From assembly GCA_973851085.1 (NCBI GenBank), contig OZ316775.1, forward strand, positions 16,244,001 to 16,308,000: 64,000 bases of DNA, written 5' to 3'. The notes below the pieces were generated by a model, which made no database searches, was not told where the DNA came from, and worked only from the letters and a program-made list of their open reading frames with translations. Of the stretch, positions 37,728 through 49,582 are shown one piece after another. The stretch comes from Ptychomitrium polyphyllum (lineage: Eukaryota). Position 1 is the first letter of the stretch; each line of letters opens with the position of its first letter. The position numbers were made by a program, and so were the translations under genes.

Positions 37728-39576
37728 ATGCATCGAGCTTTTGGGCTTTCCTTGGGATTCGGAGCTTCATCAGCCAGGAAGGTGGTTGGGTCCGTGGTGG
37801 ACAATGCGGTGAAGGGAGCTCTGGTGGTACCTGATGCCAGACGATCGTTTTCTATCAGCAGCGCTGATGTCGTCTCAAATGAGAAGATCATTGCCGCCGT
37901 AGTTGTGGAGCGTCTGCCTGTGGTTCTCCCAGACATGGCTCCTCCGGTGGAAGCTTTCGAGTCCTTCTCGTGAGTGTTTTTTCTTTCTGAATCTGTAACT
38001 TCGAGAGAATGGCTGCCTGTTACATTCTGTCCTTGCGGTGATGTTTGGCGTGAACTTTGGGTTTTCGGTTTTAGCGCAACAGGTGGATCGCCGAATTTCG
38101 GTGCCATACTCTGGAGTTTTGCGTGGGTAGTAATCTGGGGGTTTTGGGGATAGTACGGTTGTTTTGAATTTCTTTTTTTGGTTTTCGACATACTTCTCTG
38201 AGACGATTGCGACCACAATGTACCCATGACAAAATTTTAGGGTTTAAAACTTTTAGGACTTTTAGTGAATTTGGAGTAATGTGCATGCAGCTTCGACTGG
38301 CGGCAGCAGTTTCGAAGGGAGTACCCTCAAGATTTTTTGGACGCATCCTCTACCAGGTATTTATTCCTGGGTTTTGCCCTCTCTGGGCTTTATATTTAAA
38401 CCGATGTGTTTAGCCTTGATTGAGTTAGAGTGGCTATGCAGAATCGCATTTCTCTGATTGTGAATCTTGTAGGATATTGGAAGGATTAACATTTTATCAC
38501 AGGTTTTTCTGAATGAAATCTTGTGGAACTTGATAACAGGGAAGCTGACGAAGGTGAAGCTGAATTTGAGCCTGCTCCAACTGTGACTGAGGCTGATAAG
38601 ACTAACGACCGCAGGTAAAACATGCAACATCAGTCTTTCAGATTTTTCCGTACGTTTTGAAATATGTAATTCTTCCTAGTCGGCGGGAGGACTGAGGTAT
38701 GAGCAGAATATAAGAACAGAGTAGAATATTAAGCAAAATGACTATGTTCAGCAAAATTTAGAAAAATTAATTTGCGTCTCGGCCGCAATATAGTAGAGCT
38801 CAGTCTGCGTTGCGGTCAACATGAACCGCAGGTGAAGTGGTAACTGTCTTAACTCTTTGACATTCGAATTGGATGTGTAGATCTTTGCAGAGAGCATTGA
38901 CCCGGAGGCTCTATCTGCTCATCCGTGGAATTCCATACGGTGGTGCGAAAGATTCACCTGCGTGGTACTTCCCTGAAAAGGAGTACGCTAAAGAGGATAG
39001 TTTGCGATTGGTATGATTTTATCTGTTTTTGATCCTCCTTTATTTTCTGGAGTAGCAAATGCTACAAATAACATGTATAATTTGCAGCACTCACTTTAAA
39101 GTATAAAATGTTTGATAATATCCTGTAGGTACTCATTTCCTTTTTATTTTGGGCTGATCGCAGTGTGCAGAAGAAGTGATTAAACCGTTTGTGAGCAATC
39201 CAGCGGATGTGTACTTTATAGGAAATGCCCCATGTGGCCATCTCCATTATAGGCTTTCTGAGCCCAATTATAAGGTGCGTGTTTATCACTAAGCAAAGCT
39301 CATCTACTGGGCTGAAAAAGCAATCACGGCCATCAGTTTGTGTCCGCACTGCTCTTATGTTCAATATGAACGTCTAGATATTCAATACTGACCTGACGAA
39401 TAGCAATTACTGTTGTGTCGGAGCAGCGCTTTTTCTTCAAGTCGCAGCTTATTGCAGACAAGGTGCATGTGAAGGGTAAGAAGATTAAGGATTATGCATG
39501 GGTTTCTAAAGAGGAGCTTCCTGAGTATCTTGATCCAAGCGATATGGAATACATGAAGAAGATGTTGATAGATTAG
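37728..39576 (+). CDS. MRPL46: Mitochondrial large-subunit ribosomal protein mL46 (DECOY-like). Exons 37728-37969, 38291-38356, 38540-38614, 38881-39010, 39164-39274, 39427-39576
   Basis: N-terminal presequence followed by IIAAVVVERLPVV, FEPAPTVTEADKTNDRR|SLQRALTRRLYLLI, WYFPEK, YFIGNAPCGH, RFFFKSQLI and DYAWVSKEEL, which are mL46 signature blocks. Confidence 0.93.
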
Positions 39577-40931
39577 AATCGGCAGCAAATTTTGTCAGGT
39601 TTCAAGGGGAATTAGATGCACACAAGTTTCTTAGTTTGTAACCCCCAGGTGATGGTTGATTTAATGCAGATAGGTCCGCACAGTAGACATCAAATGAGGT
39701 CATTCATGGTTGAACCCAACTCGCCAAACTGTCTCGCTGGTTATGTAGGCTTCGTTGTTCAATCTTTTGACCAGGAGCATTACTTGGTTAGATCACTTTT
39801 AGAGCCCCTGACATTCACTAGCTTCGAATGTAAGAAACTGAATCATGCGGATTATCTCGTGTGTGTGAATACTAAGATCACACTATTGCAATCTTCATCA
39901 AGAATCCATCTGGTTTCATAAAGAGTATGATGTGTCTGCTTTTGCAATGTATCTCTTCATGCTTTCTCTAAACCGTGAGTGCAATGTCTTTTGTCCTTCA
40001 GAGATCTTCCAAATTGTTACTGACGGTTCTCTTCAGTGCTCAAGGGAGCCTGTTAGGCCTCATTCTGGGAATTTGATTTGTATGTTTGGAAGTCCTGTGT
40101 ATGTGCAGTGCAATGTGGTAACTAATGCATGAAGTATCAACCTTGTCAAAATACTTCAAAAAAAGTGCAGTAAAAGGCTGAGTTATTTTGTTCTAGTGCG
40201 GCATCACTTTGAACTAGGCACTCATATGTATATGATAGGAACCTCAAAGCCTCTGAAATCCAAGATCTTTTGTAGTCAAGAGCATTTCACATCACATCAC
40301 TAAGTAGAGCAGTCCAAGAGGTGAATGCAAGTGGGGTATAGGCTATGTAACCATTTGTCCAATTCTATAAAATTTGTTGTGTATTTGAACCATATGAAAG
40401 AGAAGAGTTGAAGAAGTGGCAATATTTATGGCATTTCTGAGTCCTTTGTTAATGAAGTGACAAAAGTTCTGATGTACCAAGACCGGCATCAAAGAGATGC
40501 TTATTGTCCAGGTCCTTGCAGTCCTTGCAATTCTTGTGCTTCTTGCAATTTCTGCAGGCCCTTTTGTAGTATGTAATCCATTCTTGCATACAAGTAGGTG
40601 CAATTGATAAAAACACGGCAAAACATTCCGAATAGCGTCACAAAGAGAGATTCTTAGTTTTCAAAAAAATCTAATTATTCCACAAATGGAATTCTTTGAT
40701 AAATAATTGACACAAGGAATTTTAACAAGTTTCTCAACAAAATTCAAACTTTTCGTCCATTAGCAAATTATTGTAGTATTTTAGTATCTTAAAACAGTAT
40801 TTCAGTCAACCTTTATCTTTAGTAGTGAAAGTAAAAATACCTTATATACTAAAATCATCAAGAATGTTAGTAAGAAGGATCACAAAACCATCAAGCAAAG
40901 GACCTAAGTTGGAATTGACAAGCATTCCATG

Positions 40932-41558
40932 TGTCACGGACATAGATCATACAATATAGTCCTTAGAACATTCTCGGACCTTCTAATATACTACAATAGC
41001 TTCTTATAATACTTTTAGATGTCTCCATAGCCTTTTCCATGTTCTTAGGAAGCTTCCTAGGAAAGTTCCTAGGGAGATTCTATCATCTTTTGTAACTTCC
41101 TAGGAAACCTCCTACAAAGATTCCATCACCTTAGGAAACTTCCTTGGAAGGTTCCATCATTTTAGGAAACTTCCTAGGAAGGTTTCATCTCTTTAGAAAA
41201 TTTCCTAAGAAGGTTCCGCTACCTTAGGAAACTTCCAAGGAAGGTTCCAACTCCTTGGAAGCTTCTTAGGAAGGTTCCAACATCTTAAGAAACTTCTTGG
41301 GAAGGTTCCCTAGACTTCCAGAACATTCTTAAACGTTGTAGGAAGCTTCTTTAAAAGATTCCTAGGAGATACAAACGTCATAGTATAAGTAGGAGGCAAG
41401 ACAAGGTATTCCTTAGTCTTGCCAACACAAGTTGTGGATCATCTTGAATCCTGCCTTGTTCTAGTCTTTGTATCAAGTTCTTGTTAATCATTAGCTCTTT
41501 GGAAGCTAATTCTTAGGAAACACTTTGTTTTTGCTTCTTGTTTCTTGTGTCCCTAACA
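40932..41558 (+). mobile_element. Solo LTR (627 bp) of an LTR retrotransposon, probably Gypsy-type
   Basis: Starts TGTCAC and ends CTAACA; identical 5-bp TSD CCATG at 40927-40931 and 41559-41563; internal ~30-bp tandem units (AGGAAACTTCCTAGGAAGGTTCCATCA..) and a TATA-like TATAAGTA at ~41383; no internal coding region. Confidence 0.9.
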
Positions 41559-42755
41559 CCATGCATTTTATTTCATATAATCTTCAAATTTATAAATAAT
41601 GTCAAAAAATCCTTATGCTTAATAAACCGTTAATGTATTTGAAGCCAGCAATGCAATTTGTGAAGTTTACAAAGTGCAACATACACCATTAATAAAGGCT
41701 ATGGGTCATAGGTACAATAAGAGATTTGGATGTGTATCTTTTATTAAAGCGATTTAAAATGTCTTTTGTATATTATTAATTCCCACATAATTAAAATGCT
41801 AAGCTCTTTTGGATGAAACAAAGCTATTTCTATATGAACTTAGAACCACTTTACACCTTCTTGTGAAAGAGAGAAGAAGCAAAAAATTGCAATCCAAAAT
41901 ATAGATAGTTTATGGAAGGGATGTACTACAAGTCAAAACAAGAAAACATTAAAATAATCAAGATGGAATTTTTTTTCTTTCTAATGGACCATCTCTTGGA
42001 TAGCCATTCCAAGAACATTTTACAAAATAATAAATCATAATAGAATATTTTTGTGTAATAAATATTGTTATGTAGGCAACAATTTCATTTTTTCATCCAT
42101 CTTTCAATTGTTTCTCCTATATGAGGAAGAACAAGGAGCAAAATCTTTTTTAGAAACCTTAAAAAATTTGACCAATCATAATGCTTATATTTAGTATGGC
42201 AGAAATTTTCCTTGTACAATAGTGGCCAGGGTGGTTTGCTACATCTCGTCTCGTTGACTGAAACACAGGTGATGCACGTGAAATACTAGTCTGATGCCTG
42301 CGGATACACATGGTGATACTTGTGTTATAGTGGTGTGATATCCGGATTTTCTCCGAAGCTACTCGACGCTCCACACGCTCACGGAGAGAGGCAGTCCAGC
42401 CTACGGGTGTCCGCAAGATCCAGTGTTCTCGACTGATACCTATAATATACCCTTTCAGTACTTGGATCATACCCTTGGATATACGTATTGATACTGGGTA
42501 AATACTGCGGTTATATCCGGATATACGCAGGTGCCTCTTCCTATTTGCAGGGCGGGATGCTCTAGGGTTTGATGGAGCTCACTCGCTTAAAACTTTTTCG
42601 ACCTTCGCTGGTGAAGCTACAGATGCGGAGAGCCTCGTCGCGGCAGCCACACTGGATTGATTGTCGCCCGATTGTTGTTTGAGTGTCGTGCGTTTCGGCG
42701 CTCGTTTCGTGGATTCTCGTGGAGTTTTGAGAAGGTTCGGGAGGCGGTGGTCGAC

Positions 42756-44946
42756 ATGACGGAGCTTACGGCAGCTAAGGAGGGCGAAGGACCGACGACA
42801 AACGCTGTGGAGTCTAATGCGGATGCTCCTGCGGCTGCTCCTGCGTCTGCAGTACCTGCGCCTATGATCACCGCCAGTGTAAAGACGGATCCAACTGTGG
42901 ACGATCGGCCGCCCCTGCTCCCGCTGTCCTCCGTTGCTGCAAATGATGTAGTCGCCGACCAGAATCGGACGAAGGAGAAGGAGAGTGACGAGAAGGATCG
43001 GCGTGTGAGGGAAGGTGACGATCGGGACCGGCAAGGGCGGGAAATCCGAGCTGGTTTACATCCGTTGCAGGTGCTTTGAGTTTCTGAACTGCCGTTGTAT
43101 GTTCGAAGATTTTCAACTTCTCCGTTTTCTTTTAGTGAGTCAGAGGCTTTTTACACGAAGCGCGGTGCAGTGATTGATTGCTCTCTTAGCACGACATTGG
43201 CTGTGATCAGATCAGAAAAGCTTCGTCTTGTTGACATTTCATCATAAGTTGTGTCGATGAGGAGTTCCAATTTGTGTAGATGAAGCTCCGTTGGTTCAAG
43301 CGAGATTTTAGGGCAGCTGCAGAGTCCAATGATAATTTCAATTGTCATGCTTCCTGCTTCTCTAGGGCGACCTTCTTCTGCTGCTTTTGATTCACGTTCG
43401 TGTTGTGAACATTGTAATTTCTCGATTTTTTTCGTGAAGTCGGCAATGAATTACATGATTTTCTTTGCCTTTACAGCATCGGTTTGTGTTTTGGTATACT
43501 CGAAGACAGCCGGGCATACGTTCTCAGACGTCATATGAGGACAACATTAAGAAAATAGCGGATTTTAGCACCGTGAGTTCCTCTTCATCATATCACGGCT
43601 TTGGACACTTATTTAGTTAATTAGCGTTTAAAACCGAACGTACTCCTTTGGGGAGAAGATTTGCAAATTCCGTTTGTTGTTTATAGTCTTGTCATTTTCA
43701 ATTTTTAGGTGTGAAGAAGACTGTTGTCTTTGATTCCAAATATGCTTATCTATAGATCGAGGGAGTGTCGAGGCCACCACTTTCTGTCGGCGACTTTGTC
43801 CAGAAGTATCACGAAATGGCCTCAGAGGTGAATACTTACCTCTACTTTTAATCTTAGGTGGAAGGGTTTTGGGGCAGTTATTGCCATCTATCTCGAGCAT
43901 CCACACTACCAAATCCAACTGACTTACATCTATTTAAGGAAGGCATTCGTCCCCTATGGGAGGTAAGACTCTGGCCTTCCTGGACTGTTGCTGCAATTCG
44001 GTGTCATTACAGAGATTACTTGTTTCTTACTTATCGCTTGTCATGAAGGCATCTATCATTTATGTATTTGATACTCGTTTAATGGAGATATTAAGCTAAT
44101 ATCCAACCTGACTCATTTTATGGTGCGGTGTTCGACTTAGGATGTTGCTAATCGATCTGGAGGAAAGTGGATTATCCGCTTCAAGAAACTAGTTTCTGGT
44201 CGATATTGGGAAGATCTGGTAGTGTTTCACTCTCTGCTTATGGTTTTAGTCTTTGCTTATTGTTTCAGCGTAGACTTTCAGAATCGGAACGATACTGATT
44301 TAATGACAACATTTCCTCTATTTCACGTTGGAGATCAATGTGCTAGGATTTGTATGTCACAACAAACAGGTGCTGATGTATTTTGCTTTGGGGAGGCATA
44401 GTGTGCTAGCTTAGTTAGACACTGCTGTAGACTGTCTCTCATTGTGCCATGGTTTTCCAGGTGCTGGCAATGATTGGAGATCAGTTAGAGTTTGGCGACA
44501 CAGTCTGCGGTGCTGTATTGAGCATTCGTTTTGGAGAGGACATTCTGAGTGTGTGGAACCGAAATGCTGCTGACAATCAGGTATGACGTTATTTTAGAAA
44601 CGCAATTATACTCAAGGATAGTGGCCTTCTAGATCATTAAGGGTTATCCATGCATTGGTTTTCTCATACACAGCGAGCACGTTCGTCGAGTGCCACGATT
44701 ATTATGGTAACATCTTCCCCAATATTTTTGGATTTCTGTGATATTCTTTGAGTTCAGGAGGTAAGGTTGATCCAGTTCGTACTCACTGCATATATGTGTT
44801 GCTGGCATATGGAGGCGGTCATGGCTCTTCGTGATTCAATTAAACGGCATCTTCACCTCCCTGTGGGCTACATGATGGAGTACAAACCTCACGATGCATC
44901 ATTGCGTGATAATTCGTCGTTCAGAAATACGTGGTTGAGGTGCTAG
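42756..44946 (+). CDS. NCBP: Novel cap-binding protein nCBP (eIF4E class II / 4EHP-like). Exons 42756-43070, 43477-43572, 43858-43962, 44141-44218, 44461-44580, 44815-44946
   Basis: GLHPLQ|HRFVFWYTRRQPGIRSQTSYEDNIKKI, VEGFWGSYCHL, HLFKEGIRPLWE|D, GGKWIIRFKK, ILSVWNRNA and MEYKPHDASLRDNSSFRNTWLR. Confidence 0.95.
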
Positions 44947-45605
44947 TTACTATTGTTTAACCAGATCAGGCAAGTATTGTATCGATATCAGAACATTTTC
45001 TCTTAACTTGGGTCACCTTAAGTAGTAAGTATCCATTAGTTAGAGGAAAGATGTACCGCAGCATACTTCAGGGCATACTGCGAGTAGTATGGCTCTAAAA
45101 TTCTGTCATAAGACTCGAGAGTATACATGTGGCTAGTGAAGTACGACAATCTCAGAAAAGGATGGGTATCCATTCATGTATCATTTACCAGTTGGTAAAC
45201 CAAAGCTCGTTCACAGAAATTTGTATGCTTTAAATCTAGCGTTTGTCATGTACTTTTTTTCGAGTTTCGAATGAATTGACACCAGATTTGATAACCATAC
45301 TTCGTTGGTATATCCGATAGTATGCAATGTGGCGAGGCATCAAACATGTCACCAAACAATATGAAAAGAAAGTGTTCTGAGGACCGGTACTACAAGAGCA
45401 CTAACAATCATCATTCACATGAGTCTTTCAGCAACAAAGTGGTCTATCCCTTTATTCACAATGGAGCAGGCGATAGTTAGAACTTAATCACAAACGTCAC
45501 TACTCAACTCTAACGTTGTCGATAAAGAAAAGTCGCCAATTTTCCGGACAATACACCTCATTGAATCAATATTTAAACTGCACTCTTGTAATCTAAAGCT
45601 GTCTT

Positions 45606-48600
45606 TCATAATCGTGACAACGTCGGCCGCAAGGTGACACTCCCAGTGAGAACGACTTTGTTGCGTTCTCTGACCTTAAGTTTGTAGTCCACCCTACAAC
45701 AAAAGATGATACGAATATTAAGACAATGACACACTCCAAGTGATCAAACAATGCCATGACAGCTATGCTCCAAAAACAACTGGCCACTTTTTTCTCACTA
45801 CAGCATTCTACTTATCTATTAATACACCTTAATTGAAAGACCGGACAAATTTGCGCCACAAAACTCATCTGTGGCACAATAACCTCTAGAACCAACGTGT
45901 GTAACATAATTTGATAAAATACATGACCGGATAGCCGTCTTGAGATGGTGCCTAATTTACGTGCTGAAACTAAGTCAATTCCAAACCTTTGATGAAGATA
46001 CATACCTGTTTTGACATTCATCTTTCCACATTTCTGTGATCAAAGTCTCTCCTGGAAATACGTGCAGCAAGAAACGACCTTGTACTGACTGCACCATGCT
46101 TGGTTCTCCTCCACACAAACATGCTATAATAGCTCTTGTTGCATATCCAAGTGTACATAAACCGTGCAAAATGGGTTGAGGGAACCTGCAGACAACAATG
46201 TTAGGTTTAATTTACACATCGTAATCCAATTGATATAGAAATCTGAAACTACCCATGGATTTGAAAAATTACCAAGACTCGTGACAAGCTCATGAAAACT
46301 TCAAGTAGTTAATTGAAGCGAAGTCTTGACTTGCTATAAACAATCCCAATGACCAGATAACTTAAATTTCTCTCCTTCAAATTTCAACTCTGAAACCCCT
46401 CCTCCGCAGCATCAAATTCTTGGACCATTACGGGAATGCGCTACGGGAGCGCCGGTTACTTCTAAATATCATACTAAGAGAATTGCGAAGAACTACATAC
46501 CCAGCATTTTTGGCATAGAAAGGGTCCGAGTGCAGAGGGTTATAGTCTCCAGACAGCCTGTACAACAATGCCTGCATCCATATTGAAAAATCATACTCTT
46601 ATGAAAAGCTAGACAAGTAATGCTGCTTTGAATATTTGCTTTGGGTAATTACAGCAAGTAAAGCGAATAGGTTGATTCACAATTAAAAATGTTGCAGAAC
46701 TTTTGTACCACTACTCAGACTCAAATCACCTGTGATAGTTGAGTGAGATCTTCAAATACATGATCGGGATTTCTCTCTCCTAACGAGAGACCCTTCTTTG
46801 TCGAGGAACTCAACCGTACACCAGAGCTAAGAGATGAATTTGTGCGATTCAAATAAGAATATGGCTTCCCTGAGGTTGAAAACCCTCCAGCTCCACGCAG
46901 GAATATAGTATTTCTGAATGCCGAACAAAGAATACATCATGATGTACTTGGGCTCATCAAGGTCGTATTTACAAATCTGACTGCAAATACGTAAGTGATC
47001 CCTGTAGTACTTACTAGACAAATCACCAGAGTGTAGTATCATTAAACAAGTAACCGTCTCTAGTGGACATAATCCGGTATCACCTCGATCATCTGTGATA
47101 TAAGAACTAACTACTCCTTTGACATGTCAGAACATTCAATATGAGTGTTGGAATCGGACCTGTTCATGCACAAAAGAACTCCACTGTCCTCGTTGTGACT
47201 TAATGTCTCCAACTCTAAAACTGCAGCTTTCCCTGAGAGAATTCCAAAATGACCCAGAACAAGAACCATGACTCAATTTTTCCTCAATGATTGTGGTAGA
47301 TCATTACTGAATACTGACTTACTGGGAAGAATGAGAGTCTAGTATGTGCCAGAAATACAAGATTCATACTTGAGAACCCTACACTTTAGGCTCACCCTTA
47401 TCATGAAGACCTGAAATCCGTACTCTGTTTCGTATCTGCAGGTAGTATATTCATCAGCATGTAAATTGTCAGAACAGAAGCCTACAGGTCTTTGATTTCG
47501 TAAGGATTACTGAATTCGAAAAAAATTCAGTTCATGTAACGAAGTCTGTTTAGTACACTAGATGATTTCGAAAGCGGCAGCTGGACCAACCTACCGTCGC
47601 TTTAGTTGGAATAGGCTGATAAATCTCGATATACTGCTCCCCATGAAGTAATAAGTTGGGATCGTAGCTGATACAACCGGTTTGGAAGACGAAGAAATGG
47701 CCAGAGATAAATCTTACATTTAAGTACTAATTTACAATCTTGGCACCATACAACAAAAGCGATACTTCAATTAAATAAAGACAACGGCATCATAAAGGTA
47801 CGATCAAAATGTAGCTCTATCAAAATGCTTCAACTGAAACATTCTCCATCTTCCGTCAATATCAGCCGCTAACAAAGAGTTTTTCGATAAGATGAAAAGG
47901 AGCACTCACTGTAAGCCTGATATATCTCTCATGGCTTCAACAAATTTGAAAGGATAAAGCACAGTAAACGTAGGCAAGACCTGTCCACAATAAAGACAAG
48001 TTATGAGTGTCATTAAAAAGCAGACTATGTTAGACATGAAGTCACTGGAATGAAACGCAAACTAAAGTAGACATCAATAAAAATTCTATGGAAGATGAAA
48101 CGTGCATTTATTTTGCACGTATAGTTCTTCGAAAATAAAATAAAAACGAAAAGAGATCCAGTATAGGCGAAAATGCTGCAAAACAATTTCCGCATCCAAG
48201 ACCAACTGTCGAAGTGCGTAACTGGAAAGAAAGTACCTTGATAAATGATTGACCATCTGGGTGATACACAAATGGCAGCTCGGAAGGATTGCATGGATCT
48301 GCTCCGCCAGCTCCCACTCCTAAAGCATATAGGGCTACATCTCTGTCCAACACCTAGTTAAATTGGAAAGACCGCTCGTAATCCGAGCACAGAATCACAT
48401 GAACAGATTGAAAAAGCAAAATGCAAATAGTACTGCAAGCCTTTAAGAATGTAACCCTACGCTAATGCACAAGCTAATACGGCCACATTTCTTTAAAAAT
48501 GACTGCTAATTATATTCAACTTGACAAACAAAAGATTTCAGACAGCGTTAAAATTTCACAAACCTTACAGACGAAAGTTGATTACCTTTCTGTGTACGTG

Positions 48601-49582
48601 AAGCGAGACTATAATCAACCAAGACAACAAAACAGAATGTCAGCAACTTAGGAGTCTTTTTCTGAACGCAGTTGAGAGAGTTAGCCACTAATGATGGCTG
48701 CTAGTAGCTGCTAACATTCCAAGTGACTTCAAACATTCTCGAAATCAAAGGCACACATCCTCAAAATAAACCTTATTCACACTCAGCACGGAACTGAATA
48801 GGAAAGCTGCAAGGTGCCAGCAAGTGTGGTATCCCGTCAACACCGAACGATCCAAACATTTAAATAATACACGTCATCAATCAAGAAAAATTGGAAACAA
48901 AACTTAGTATGATGACATTGCACCATACAAATGAACGGTTACGGTAACTTAAACGACTTTACTAATAACAGTAGTACTTAACAGATGCAGGATCCTTAGA
49001 AAAACCGGCGAAATTGCATGAAAGTCAGTGTCCGGTTGCTTGAAAAATCTAGAAAAGCCATAGCTGGACGCAATCATGAATACAAAGCTTGCATGTGCTG
49101 AATCAAGCCATAAGCATCTTCGCAAAGGACCAATGCAAATGAATGAAGTGACAACAGCACGAACTGTAACGAAACGACTCTCGAAAAAAGCATATGTATC
49201 CTTGAAAACCGACGGTCAATTTGGTAAAGGTGTCCTAATTTAGTAAGCAGAAAACGCTCATGGCTGCACCATTGGAGCAACTGATGTCCTAATTTCTTTT
49301 GCCTTGTACAAAAGTTGGCCGCTGTGCAGAAAACCGCCGGGGCAAAAGTGCACCGGCACCAGGGCTACGAAGAGGAAACCGCAGCATACGAAACCGAGTC
49401 GCAAAGCTAGGGAGACAGGCGTGGTACGACCTCGTCACTTGAAAATTGAAATTCTACCACGGACCTCCACGAAATGCAAAGAAACTGTGAGAAACAGAAC
49501 GGCAAGAGGAGGGGAAAACAAGTACCTGCGGAAACTCGTAAGCGAGGACCGCCGCAGGGTCGATCCGAGGAAGCGAAGCCAT
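45606..49582 (-). CDS. ECH2: Peroxisomal monofunctional enoyl-CoA hydratase 2, 11 exons: 49582-49526, 48608-48586, 48342-48237, 47980-47910, 47667-47595, 47435-47396, 47232-47160, 46913-46730, 46571-46501, 46185-46006, 45693-45606
   Basis: FTYTERDVALYALGVG, LLLHGEQYIEIY, GLHDKGKAAVLE, the hydratase-2 motif ALLYRLSGDYNPLHSDP..A..AGFPQPILHGLCTLG, and a C-terminal PTS1 SRL*. Confidence 0.95.

Noticed and set aside
42579..43116. Antisense ORFs over nCBP exon 1
   Set aside because: These are shadows of a GC-rich exon.
9599..49582. Functional gene cluster (two organellar ribosomal proteins, nCBP, SSADH, ECH2)
   Set aside because: These are unrelated housekeeping genes in mixed orientation with no shared pathway; only the shared promoter motifs are kept as findings.
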